Source: Penicillus capitatus (taxonomy: Eukaryota > Plantae > Chlorophyta). Taken from it: a stretch of 64,000 bases of DNA. Positions 47,567 through 59,689 of the stretch are shown one piece after another. The position numbers and the translations under genes are program-made. Each line of letters begins with the position of its first letter. The first letter of the stretch is position 1. The DNA lies in contig OZ287697.1 in assembly GCA_965649825.1 (NCBI GenBank), positions 2,156,351 to 2,220,350 on the forward strand, read 5' to 3'. The notes below the pieces were generated by a model. That model worked only from the letters and a program-made list of their open reading frames with translations, was not told the origin of the DNA and did not search any database.

Positions 47567-48560
47567 TCATCATCATCAGATGTGTCCTACAGGCCTTAGG
47601 CTTGAGATTGGTGAATGACAGACATCGTTGTGTTTATCTTGTGCAATAAAAGTGAATGGGAGAAATCACATTTTCTAGAATTGTTCCCCTACAGTGAGCA
47701 CGAAGGTAAACGACGGACGGCGACATGAGCACGTGACCATGCATTTGTAGCGATGTGATCGTGTAACGTGATGATCGGCGTCACGACTTTGTCCGTTGCA
47801 TGGAAACGAATGCACAGCCGCGATCGAGGGATCGCTTCGTCGAATCACGATTGTTGTTGCATGACCCTTAGTATCTTTACGACCATCCATGTTTTCTTCC
47901 AAAAACGGCGACTCTTGGCGAAAGCGCTGTTTCATGCATAGGCTGCGCATTCGGTATGCAGGTTTGCTTGTCTAGCTGGCCTTCTTTGCCATCCCACTAG
48001 GCATAGTTCTTCTTGCCATGGTCTTAAACGATGACAGAGAAGTGCACGAATATTCTACTCGTCGTCAACCGCTCGTCGTCATTCGACCTCATTTTCTTGC
48101 ACTGCATGAATTCCAGACCCTCAAATCACGCCTCTCATCTCATTCTCTAATCGTCGATAATCAGCTGGACCAACACAACTTTGAGAATACCCGTAGGTGG
48201 ATTGCTGAATTCGGTGATGAAGGCATTAAGCGTTGGCGATCTATACTAACCATCTCCGAGTTAAAAATGAAAGCCCTACGGTAGTGTAATAGCTACAGAA
48301 ACTCTGCACACCGTGTTCTTGATTCATGTATCACTACAATGCTATTCGGACAACATCAACAACAGAGAAACCTTGGAAATCCATCATGGACTCTGAGAAC
48401 ACCGGTTATGCATCGATCCGAGTTGCACGACAGAAACAGCTGTGTTCATAGCCAGTCATGCTCCACCTCAAAACTATGATTCTGTCGCAGAACTGTGGCC
48501 ACAATCGGAGTCAATATGTTCTCACACTTCCAATGTATTCTATTACAACTTAAAAAACTG

Positions 48561-50895
48561 TTAAAATGACAGATTAGGAGAGTCATTGAACTTCCGAATT
48601 AATTCTAGCAACTTCTGACGTATTATTTCTGTGACTCCAGCGACGTCTCTAGACGCAAGTCAAACACCAGACGGTGAGTAAACAGGACAGATAGACAGAA
48701 AAGGGCATACCTGGTGATGTCTCTAGCTTTCCAGCTTTTCTTCCGATCCGTCTTCTGCCCTCGACATCGTCTCTTGATGTCTTCTTGATCTGGCTCGGCC
48801 CTATTCTTTTTTAAATCTTCGAAGACTTTGCTGGTCTCCTGTGGGGATGGCGACAAGATCAACCTGCAAAACACAAACAAAACACCGTCAGCCTATACAA
48901 TAAGCATCATCGTTGACTACCCGAAGGACGGAAAATCGTGCAACAATCGAAAGAGACTAGAAATGACATCCTTGGAAGAGGTCGGTAAAGAAAGATTATC
49001 ATTTGGCAGGCGAATCTGCCTCTTGTCCAATCCAATCAGCAACATCGGCGTCTTGAAGACTTGTACCATCGCCGCCAATTGGTGAAAGACTCTCTCTGAC
49101 TTGAAAGATGCCTTGTAGTCATCTATAGTCTTTCGCTCGACGGCGATCTCCGACGTCAAAATACAATCCCCCACCTGCCATACATTTATCTGTGTAGCTG
49201 TGATCTTGATTTCTCATTATCCTACCTTAAGTGTTGAGGGAAGGAGTCGGAAGTTTGCCCAGAACAGTGCGGGTGGGAGCTTGGCCCTAAACTCCCGGTT
49301 GTCCATAAGAATGTCCCCCCGCCTGCCTCTATCCTGTCGCGTCAGCATCCACGAAGAAACCTCAGCTGGAATGGGGATTGAATCCTTCTGTGCCATGAGG
49401 TCTGAGAAGATATCTGTCTCCCTTTGGATGGCAATCTTTATGATCCTCTTCTCGACCGAATGCTGACAACAGAATTGATGCAGCTTCATTGGTTTCCCAT
49501 TCGCAGCCTGGATTCAGCTAGATGAGTCATGGAGCAAGGAAGGTAATCATACTTGAAAGATTTCCACTTTTCTTGAGAAAGCGACGTCGTAATGATAGAA
49601 GATGACGTGATCTGGGCAAACTTTCGAAAGAATCGAATCATCTTCACCATCCACTAAGTAGAATTGGACGCCGGGGAGTAGATCGTCCAATGCCAGATCA
49701 TCATCCACTGTCATCTGCAGTGTTCTACTTGTATTGTACCTACGCATCCATCGATTTTAAAATCGCTCAATTGAGAAATTTCTCAACGGACATTGCCAAA
49801 TCATGATTCAGCGCGGAGCGCTTTCCCTTTCCTGATGTCTTCTTTTCTGCAATTTGCTGATAAGATTCGACATATCTGTCGAAAAAATCACTCAGGAGTT
49901 TCCTTGGATCTGCAGTCAAGAGGACCACAAGTTACCACTTTCTGCATCACGGGCTAGAATATTACCTTTCATCGCTATTTTTAGCTGATCTGCTAGCGAT
50001 CGCTCTTTGCATACGACCAAGATGGATGCAGCTAGTTTTTCTAGATCTCCGGCAACGGCACCCTGAGTCTCATGTATGATGTCGGACAGCCGTTCCTTCA
50101 ATGCTTCCCATCTGGGAAACGGCTCCAACACGGGACGCAGATAGGCCTTTTTGCCTAAAACCCACAGTACAAAATACTGCATTGAGAATTTGTATGGTTA
50201 CCGGCAGCGGCACTCTGTGCCTTTCGTTTTTCGTCTCCTTGTCGATCAACATCTGTCTTCATGTTCAGAGCAAAAACACGGTTCGCTGGGTCTTCGTCTG
50301 TGTCATCTCCTCGCAGTCGGACCATCCGTCGTACTACTTGGGGCAGAAGGCCAATCAGCCACATTCGTTTCGCTTCTGATTTTGGTCGCGTCACTCGGGG
50401 CTGGGATGATACGGATCTTCCTCCAGGTCTTTGGTCGAAGCCCTCTGCCCAGACAGGTTGCAAAACGACATGCCCGGGTCCGGAGCAGGCAAGGCGAAAT
50501 CACGCCTAAGGCGTCAGTTGTTACGCCGTCACGTCCAGGACATTAAACCTTCTCCGGAAAGCAGAGCGCGGAGTACCTCGCCGTCTGCTAAAATGGGGGA
50601 CAGTCTCGTACGTCTGACGCCCGATTTGACTGCCGTCCGCGGGCGCTGAAACAGTGTCAGATGTGACGTCTGTTTCCACGGCATGCGGAAAGAACCTCTG
50701 TACCGAGGCTTTGATCGCAGATCCGGGTTCAGAGATTGAGAGCCCCCTGAAGTTGGCACTGTCCAGAGACATGGAACAGATCTTGCATTGCGCGATAAGC
50801 AAGGAGAAGGTCAAAACATCGGCCACGAGGCACGAGCACTTGGATGTGTTTTCGCCGAGTGGATTTAAAAATGTCCACAAAAGAATCAAGAGCAT
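48561..50895 (-). CDS. Shortened, divergent XPF/ERCC4 (UVH1/Rad1)-like endonuclease (start uncertain)
   Basis: VLEPFPRWEALKERLSDI...ILVVCKERSLADQL; VIFYHYDVAFSRKVEIFQ; ERCC4 domain ILMDNREFRAKLP...LKVGDCILTSEIAVERKTIDD...RVFHQL; DLKKNRAEPD; truncated HhH VAGVTE. Confidence 0.75.
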
Positions 50896-50910
50896 TCCAA
50901 AGCCTGTCGA

Positions 50911-53187
50911 TTACTTCTTTGTCAAGTGCATTTTACGAATCCTCACCGATTTGGGTGTCACTTCCACAAGTTCATCCGGTTTGATGAATTCCAGGGACTC
51001 ATCCAATGTCAGGTCCATGACTTTATCGAGCACGACTGTTGCCTCTTTCAGCGAAGTACGTATATTCGTTAGATGCTTCTTCTTGCAGATGTTAATTCGG
51101 AGATCCGAGTCTCTGTTGTGCACGCCCACGACTTGACCTTCGTAGACTTCATCTCCAGGCTTCACAATGAATGTCCCCCGGCTCTGGAAGTTTTCCAGTG
51201 CATAGGCCGTAGCTGTGCCAGTTTCGTGAGCCGTCAGCGAACCGTTCTCGCGAATGGGCAGTTCTCCACATTCCGGTTCAAATCCCGAAAAGATCGTGTG
51301 CAGAATGGCGGTGCCTTTGGTAACGGTCAGCAGATGATTTCTCAAACCCAGGAGTCCACGCGTTGGCATCTTATACTTTAGGACATTAAGAGATCCAATG
51401 CCGGGTGCCATGTCCAGCATCGTGCCTCTTCGTTTACCCATGAGTTCCACCACGACGCCCACGTAGTCTGCAGCCACCTCCACCATCGCCTCCTCAAATG
51501 GCTCACACTTCACACCTTCAATCTCTTTCGTGATCACCTTCAGTTTCACATATCGGAAGAGGTCAGAGAAGCGGGAACCCTACTGTCATCGGCCCGACAG
51601 CGAACTCGTATCCTTCGCGGCGCATCGTTTCGATCAGGATTCCCAGATGCAATCCACCACGACCGCTGACGGTAAAGACGTCTACTGTTGGACCTAGGGA
51701 CGTCGCATTTGTCAAGGACACCCCTGTGACGTGGTGCTTAGGACACCTGGCTTGACTCTGAGAGCCAGATTGCGTTCAAGTTCACGTTCCAGTCGATCTT
51801 TGAGGTTGCGCGATGTCACGTACTTTCCTTCCTTTCCAGCAAAGGGACTGGTATTTACCATAAAGGACATCGTTACGGTCGGCTCCTCCACGTGAATCGT
51901 TCCCAGAGGAATTGGCTGCGATCGATCCGAAATAGTCTCGCCGATTCGAATGTCTCCGATCCCAGCAACGGCGCAGATATCCCCTGCCTCCACCGATTCC
52001 ACACTGACTTGGCGGAAATTGTTATAAACAAAGAGCTCAGACACCTTCGCCGATCGCACCTCTTCAACACCTTCTCGGCAGACACTCACGGCATCTGCCT
52101 TTTTGAGAGCACCCGCCGAGATGCGGCCAATAGCAATGCGACCTTTGTGTTCTTGAAAATCGATGTTGGTCACCAACATCTGCAGCGGCGCATTCTTCTT
52201 CACCGTTGGAGCCGCAATCTACACCAACGCTCCTCACTAACCCCCTTATACCTTTCTACCAAAAGTGTGACCTCGGAGACGATGGACTGAAAGAGAGGCT
52301 CCAGTGTTTCTTTCAGTTCTTCGGGTTTATCTCCAGCGATGCCTTGTATTCCGGAGGCATAGATAATGGGGAAGTTGCACTGCTCGTCTGTCGCTCCCAG
52401 TTCCAGAAAGAGATCAAAGGTGGCATCGACAACAAACTCCGGCCGAGCAATGTCTCGATCGATTTTGTTGACCACCAAGATCACACGTTTCTGCAGCTCC
52501 AGTGCTTTTCGCAGCACGAAGCGGGTTTGAGGCATCGGTCCCTCAACGGAATCCACCAAAAGCAACACACCATCACACATATTGAGCACCCGTTCCACCT
52601 CGCCTCCAAAATCGGCGTGGCCCGGTGTGTCAATGATGTTGATCTTGATGTCGCCATATGTAATGGCCGTGTTTTTGGAAAAAATCGTGATGCCACGTTC
52701 ACGTTCCAGATCAAAGGAATCCATAATGCGCTCGTCCACTGCTTGGTTAGCACGAAAAACACGGGACTGACGCAACATAGCATCCACCAGTGTTGTCTTT
52801 CCATGGTCAACGTGCGCAATGATGGCGATATTGCGAATATCGTCACGTGTGCTCGTGTCTCCGCTGTCCGTCTCGGTCGTCCCTGCGGAAAGACAACCCC
52901 TGTCACGAGGCCGCCTTTACATAGTGCGTACCTACGATCCAACGTCGCCGTGTGACAGTACCTCAGAACGTCACGAGAGAGTACTAAAGGTGAGAGCTCT
53001 CGTCGTAGAAGGCATCTCCCTGTCACGGACAGATCGCTGCCACGATAGACAGACGCTCTTGAGGACTTCGTGTCGTACGATGAGAGGGAAGTGTGAGGTT
53101 GTGTGATGGAACGTGAGTAAGAGGATATCGCAGGACGCTGTGGCGCAGGACACCGATGAACGAACGAACCTTCAGTAGCGACGCCAT
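50911..53187 (-). CDS. typA: TypA/BipA translational GTPase, plastid SVR3-like
   Basis: [19 protein letters not shown]; ERERGITI; [16 protein letters not shown]; NKID; VEEPTV...[16 protein letters not shown]; CEPFE; KKHLTNIR; [11 protein letters not shown]. Confidence 0.95.
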
Positions 53188-53230
53188 CAGACAAATCGTG
53201 AAATGTTGTTCATCGAAGCGCATCTGCAAC

Positions 53231-54969
53231 ATGTCGACGTCCAAAGGCGACGCCGTTTTGGCCGACCTCAAAACGCTGGAGGTTATTCATACATACCACA
53301 GCAGATTGGACGCTGTATGTTCGTTTGTTCTGTTGCTCGCAGAGCCGGTTGGTAGAAATGGATGTGGCCAGTTTTCAACAGAATCTTAACAAGGTGTGTC
53401 AAAAGGCCATTGGCTGTCGAGAGGCTGACGATTCTGTGTATGAGGTTTCGAATGGGATCAAGGACATTTCTGACAAGCTCTCAGCCGCTTTGGTGACAGC
53501 AGAATCGGAGAACGCGCACAACGAATCCAAAAAGGTCACTCTTTGTGTACGAAGAGTGACAACGGTTAACTTCATTGTCTAGAGGGAACGCATCGAACAA
53601 ATGAGCGAAGAAGTGGTCGATTCCAATCCTTACAGTCGTCTCATGGCCCTTCAAAAGATGGGCATCGTACAAAACTATGAACAGATCCGATCCAAGACGG
53701 TCCACGTTTGTGTCCACCTTCGTAACTGGAAGGCGAGATCCTTCAGGTAGCTATTGTGGGCATCGGTGGTGTTGGAAGTGTAGCAGCCGAGATGTTGGTG
53801 CGTTGTGGCGTCGGTGCTCTGTTTCTCTACGATTACGACAAAGTGGAGCTGGCCAATATGAATCGACTGTTCTTCCGACCCGATCAATGCGGCATGACCA
53901 AAACAGACGCAGCTGCCGAGACACTCTGTATCGGTGGCCTCCCCAATCATGCCACTTAGAAACGCTCTTCTGTACCATAGATGATATTAATCCGGACGTG
54001 GAGATTCATTCCTTCACGATGAACATCACGACGGTTGAGGGATTTGATGCATTCAAGTCATCGATCGCGGAACCTCGGGGTCTCGGAAAAGTGGATTTGA
54101 TCTTGAGTTGTGTGGATAACTATGAGGCGCGGATGACCATCAATCAGGTCTGTCTTGAGCTGGACCAGGTCTGGATGGAGAGTGGTGTCTCGGAAGATGC
54201 CGTTTCCGGACACATTCAGCTCATCATTCCTGGACAAACTGCCTGTTATCAGTGTGTTCCCCCTCTTGTCGTCGCCTCGGGTATCGACGAATCGACCCTC
54301 AAACGAGAAGGCGTCTGTGCCGCTTCGCTGCCAACAACAATGGGTGATGTTGACATGACGGCCCGCAAGGGACGAAAGGTGATGCGCTTAGGTATTGTGG
54401 CGGGTCTGTTGGTTCAGAACAGTCTCAAATATCTGCTCAGTTTCGGATCGGTGACGCCATTCTTAGGATACAATGCAATGAAGGACTTCTTTCCATCGCA
54501 TGCTGTTATGCCAAACAACGAATGCACCAATGGACTGTGCAAGAATCTGCAGAATGAGCGTAAAGTACTGCCGTCGATTCAGGCAAAGACGTCATTGCAC
54601 ATGTTTACTCATGGTAGGGCAAGCCATTGTTCTATGGCGGTGCTCCGGAGGACGAGAAAGAAGAGGAGACAGAAGTGATGCACGAAGACAATGAATGGGG
54701 CATCGAAATTGTCAAACAGGAGACACAAGAAGAGACGCCAGAAGAGACAGATGTGACTCTTCCAGATGGCATTGAATACTCTGCACCTATCGTATGCATT
54801 CTCTACAGTCAAGCGACAACTGTCGTTTTGCTTTACTCTGTAGGTCCAGGAAACATCGACAGCCGAAAAAGAGGAAAAAGAAACAGATGTGAAAGAGAAG
54901 GTGCCTGAAGCATCAGTAGAAGATTTGATGGATCAGCTGAATGCGCTCAACAAGGAGACGACGGAGTGA
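53231..54969 (+). CDS. UBA5: UFM1-activating enzyme E1
   Basis: [23 protein letters not shown]; [13 protein letters not shown]; [15 protein letters not shown]; [10 protein letters not shown]; [14 protein letters not shown]; catalytic [12 protein letters not shown]; C-terminal [12 protein letters not shown]. Confidence 0.95.
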
Positions 54970-55050
54970 GACAACAAAGGCAATTACAATTGGGCCGACG
55001 TTACTTCTTTCGACACAAGATGTCCTGTTATTATTGATGAATTTCAGATT

Positions 55051-57238
55051 TTACCATTGTTTTGACAAATCTGGTCGAAGTCTGGGTTTGCAGATGAGCT
55101 GCGGTCCGTTGGGGATCATCACAAACCTTGCCACGAATGCCAACGCCATCAACGAAAGGACAGCTCGATAAAAACTGCTGCTGCAGGATTGGCCGCCAAT
55201 GACACCGCACACCACTCCTTCACACAACTGAAGCAAAACTCACTGAATTCTTCTGTCATGTGTCTTTACCTTTACGAATGCATAAAGGAGTAGTGTGAGG
55301 ACGGCGTAGATAAGGAGATCGGGAGATCGTTGGAGATCTGCGCTTATTTTATCGCGACCAATGACAAAGGCTCCAGAGATCAGATCCAAGGCGTCTTGTT
55401 TTCTGCCGTCCTCAAAGTTGTTGAGGTAGTAACGTGTAACACTCTTGATACCGTCGTCGATCAGTCCCCCTACGGAACGCTTTCCTGTGCGAGTGAAACC
55501 ACTCTTTAGCGCTCCCGTTCCACTATATTGAAGGGAGATTTCGTCTCCGTGATCTGCCCAGATCACTTTGAACTGGGCCTCGACCTGCACAAACACAAAG
55601 CTATGGACGACATGACAGGAGATGGTGCTGTATCTGACATGAGGGAAAGATGCTGGCAGAGATGCTTGGACCTCAAGTAGATGCGCTTTCTTGAGAAAGG
55701 CCTCCAAGGCATAACGGCCAAACACAGTTTGCACGACGTTGGTGCGATCAAGGCAATCGACACAATTGGTGCGAACGATGCCGTTTTGAACAGATGTTGC
55801 CCGACCCTCCTCCTGTCATGCACTTGTGTTCGCACACGAAATCGGGCGAGGATAGAGAGAGATACGATAACGAACTGGCCAAAGCGATCCAGATCTGCTC
55901 GGATTCTGTCGAATAGGATGGAGATACGATGATATCGAGTCGTTCCACATTCTTTATGGAAATCAAAATTGATGAGACGGAAGCCGTCTTTCGTCCTTGA
56001 GAAACGCCGAGTGGCATTGTCGAATGCACTTGTCAAGGAACCCTCAGATCCAGTGGCGTGTGCCAAATTCACCGCAACGCATTCCTATCCAACAACATCT
56101 CTGCATCCCATCCCCCACGACACAGGCCTTGCTCACTGTGTACGTACGGAGAAGGTCATTGACGTGAACATCGAAGGCATGTGTGTAGTCAATCTCTCTC
56201 CCGAGACGCGTGGGTGGTTTGTACTTGACGTTCGGAATGCTTGTCCAAAACACGGGGATCGATCCTCGTAGCTGAACGAACGAACACATATGTCCATTCG
56301 ACAGACACAGAAGCTGTTCTGTCTCGACAAAATTTGCCACAGATCCCTGACATCAACATATACAGGTTCGTAAGGCGTAGACGCGAAGAAGCACTTGGAG
56401 ATCGGCGCCCCTTCTCCAGTTGCGTGTGCCCAGGCGTTTCACTGAACGACGTGCCACAATGGTCAACTTCCCGGCTACTCGGTGCGAAAATTCTAAATCT
56501 GTCAGCTCCTGTACGAAGCCTTGAATGACAGGTAACACAAATCCATGTGCTCTCAGCTCTACATCGCCGACATCTGGACATTCTCTCGGAAAAGGATGTG
56601 CATTACGTGTGACGGGTTCCATCAGATGACGATTCCAGAAGAAACGGGTGTCTTCCAGTTCCCATGACCCTTCTCCTCTTTCATTGCTGACGGCCGCCTG
56701 TCGCTCAGTCGTCAGCGTCAGTCGGATTCCGCTGCTGAAGTACAGTCCTCTTCCGGCTTGTTTGGGATCCACTGCCGATTTCACCAATTCAATATAGCTA
56801 CACACGGGCTCGCACAAATCACGCGTTTATACATCTATGCACGCACTTGGCATCTTCTGATGATAAACGTCCCCTGGGAAGATGCAGTTCTGTCTGAACG
56901 ACTCGGTAAACTGGAGAACCATGCACCGTCGCGACCTGCAGAACCAAGGCTGTCGCTGTCCGGTCTGCGTGAGCAAATGAGTGCACTTGTTTTGCTTCCT
57001 TGATAGTGACGAGGACCGTTGCTTTGGCAAGGCGCAGCATTCCCAGAAGTCCAGGGAACACGATGCAGTTACGAAGGAAACGCGGCTGCGTCGACGTTTC
57101 GGCCGTGCCGGTTCGGAGGTCGATCTTCAGCGTCTCGACATATTCCCCTGTCGAATGGAAAGGCTGGAGGTCGACGACGTCGCCTGTTCTCTTGAGGGCG
57201 ACGCCAATGAAGGGGTTCGTTATTGCGGTTTCAGTCAT
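55051..57238 (-). CDS. SAC1: SAC1-type phosphoinositide phosphatase with two C-terminal TM helices
   Basis: DTRFFWNRHL; FVLPVIQGFV; ARRSVKRLGTR; ANFVETEQ; FVQLRGSIPVFW; WADHGDEISLQYSGTGALKSGFTRTGKR; RYYLNNFEDGRKQDALDL. Confidence 0.92.
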
Positions 57239-58072
57239 GGCGCTTCTTCGCGTCTTCGAGTCCCCAAACAACACCTGTGGTCTCGCGTGCCGCAGCGTCG
57301 AGCTGTGCTGTCGAAGGTGTTGGCGGCGAAACTGGTCGTCGGTGCTTGACGTAAAGGGTCCAGTACATATACACGCCGAGAGAGATTCCGAGCGCGGCCT
57401 ACAGAAAGAAGTGTCTGCTGGGGTGTGGGAAACGGTCGTCGACTGCAAACCTGAAGGCGAAATTGACGAAACGCTGGTTGCAAAGATGGCATTTACAATG
57501 ATGGCAAAGTGACCATGCGACGAATCCTAGACTCTGGACGGGACGGATGTGACATTGTAGAAGACGGTGGACACTGAGAAGCATTGTCTTTGTGGTCTTT
57601 CATCTTGAGTTTGCATGTCTCGCTAAAAACTGTCCCGCGTTCACTAGAGAAGCCGATTGAGTATGGCAGACGGGAACGCTGACTGGTAATACATCTAAAG
57701 GCCAAATGACGCACGGTAAGGGGTTGTCCACGTAAAGCAATTCGAGGCGCAATGACCTCCGACTTTTCCGTTTTAGTGTTTCGGTGCGGAATGTGCTCGA
57801 AAGAGACATCATGGCAGTCGTGACGCATCTGCTGTGGCGAGTTCTGACAGTTGTCGCCCGTTCCAGTGACAGCGACAATCACAGACGGGCAGATGACGAG
57901 CCATTTTCGTTACCTAGGCGAACAACGCAGTCGCTGTCTTCTGATCGTGACATCCGCTGAAATAACAGGCCGCGGCGAAACCGTAAGTGCTACTATTTGC
58001 GGCGAGCCTCTGCTTCTTCGTTCGTTCGTTCGTTTATTGGGTTTTCTCTTTGTCGACGAGGACTCATACACG

Positions 58073-58820
58073 ATGTCTTTGAAGTTGGCCATCCTCGCCA
58101 CGCTCATGTGCTGCGCCTTCGAGGTGAACGCCCTGACATTCGCTTACTCTTATAATACGACGCATTCCTTAATGTTCTGAACAGGCAAGCGCCTATGAGA
58201 TCGATGAAAGTAAGCGACATGTTCCATCTTTTGTCGAGACTCCATTGTCTGTTGGGGACATAGAACCGACGACAGACCAGACAGGCAGCAGGTTTCGCCG
58301 CTATCCTTGTAAGATGTCTTTCTTGCCGATACGTCTTTCTGAGAGCCGTTTCTTGTTGGCAGATGCACCGCCGACCAATCTCTATAGCGGCAAGCAGACC
58401 AGAGGAGACCACTCTTCTAACGCCTTCGTGTTGTAGAGAAAGCCGCAGGCGCCGCAGTGGACACAACAGACAGCATGCCACGCAACATCCCAGGTAAGGG
58501 ACGTGTCATTACGTATGCTTAATTCTGAGAGCCGTTTCTTGTCGGCAGATGCACCGCCGACCGATCTCCGTATTGCCAAACACAGCAGAAATGGTCAATC
58601 TCCTAATGCCGTTCTGTGTTGCAGATCAAGGTCATGATATCGGGCAGTGGACCGGAGAGATTTCTTCGGAGCATGCCAGTCATCCGTCTGCAGCGCATTG
58701 TATGAAGCTCTGCCGCGAAGGATACGGTGAGTCATTCTCTCCTTTTTCTAATCGAACCCGCAACTTTCAGGATGCATGCCGTGTAAGAAGTACTATGGCC
58801 GACTGTTGCGTTTTGTCTGA
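58073..58820 (+). CDS. Orphan secreted prepropeptide, 125 aa, 8 exons
   Basis: Exons 58073-58123, 58185-58209, 58264-58308, 58363-58389, 58437-58493, 58549-58569, 58625-58726 and 58771-58820 splice in frame. Product: MSLKLAILATLMCCAFEASAYEIDEKPTTDQTGSRFRRYPYAPPTNLYSEKAAGAAVDTTDSMPRNIPDAPPTDLHQGHDIGQWTGEISSEHASHPSAAHCMKLCREGYGCMPCKKYYGRLLRFV. Introns are 44-61 nt; intron 4 is GC-AG. Confidence 0.65.
58337..58568 (+). repeat. 46-bp direct repeat (58337-58382 and 58523-58568) covering an intron 3' end plus a micro-exon
   Basis: TTCTGAGAGCCGTTTCTTGT(T/C)GGCAG|ATGCACCGCCGACC(A/G)ATCTC, with two mismatches between the copies. Confidence 0.9.
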
Positions 58821-59689
58821 CCACTCCTAAGGATTCCCAGATTGGTAACAAATTTACCTTTCGTTGCATAAAGCATCCGTCTAGTGGTTGTTGTTCAAGG
58901 TGCGCATTTTTTCTGTTTCGCGCTAGATTGTTCTGATGAGTTGTCAAACATTCTCGACGTTGTCGTCTCATGAGCTGAATTTAAGAGAACATGTTGGCTA
59001 CACTATTAGACTCCATTTGGCAGGACATTACTATGGATCTAACCACCTGCATATCGCACAGAGACAGGTAATGGATAGACTCTATAGAAACAGATTTCGC
59101 ATTCTTGCGTCTTGAAGAGATCGATAAAGTGCATTTTAATTGACCTCTGCACGTCATACTGCGCTCTTTCGTGAGTGTAAACCACTTGTGTGCAGAAGGG
59201 AATATGATGTAACGTCATTCCTTTCGTTGAATGCCTAAGAAACCTTGTGGTTTATTCATAACAAACAGTCGCTTGTGGTTTGTCGTTCGGAAGATATCGC
59301 AATTAATGGTGGTAGTGGTTCGAGGACGAAACCAGTTTTCAACGCTGCACGCTGCAAGATGGAGAGTCTTTTCACCGTACAGAATAATTCGTTCGACAGG
59401 TGAACGTAAGTTCGGGCCAAGTGTCCAGATAGAAGCCACCACACAGTCCAGGGAATGTCTGGCCTCATTTTCCAATAACCTGAGTCTTTCGCAGGTGCGA
59501 TGTTCTTACGCACGTTTATCGCGAGGCGCGGAGACGTAGTTACGAACACCACCACACTATCATGACTCAACATCTTCACACAAAGTTGACAAGTTGAGAT
59601 GGAACTTTATGAGGAGCCCATCGAGTTAAAACAGCGAAACAACAAGCCTGGCATACGAACGACAGACAGGCCACAAATAAACTGCAGTT

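Noticed and set aside
48018-48284. ORF with NFENTRRWIAEF, resembling a Rab/Ras helix
   Set aside because: No G1, G3 or G4 GTPase motifs could be assembled.
52206-52955. Long antisense ORFs opposite TypA, HOP, the TNO1-like gene and TRAPPC10
   Set aside because: These are typical antisense shadows of coding sequence with biased codon use, and carry no independent motifs.
59215-59475. ORF with GEKTLHLAA, a possible extra ankyrin exon
   Set aside because: A single degenerate motif with no convincing splice sites linking it to the ankyrin gene.
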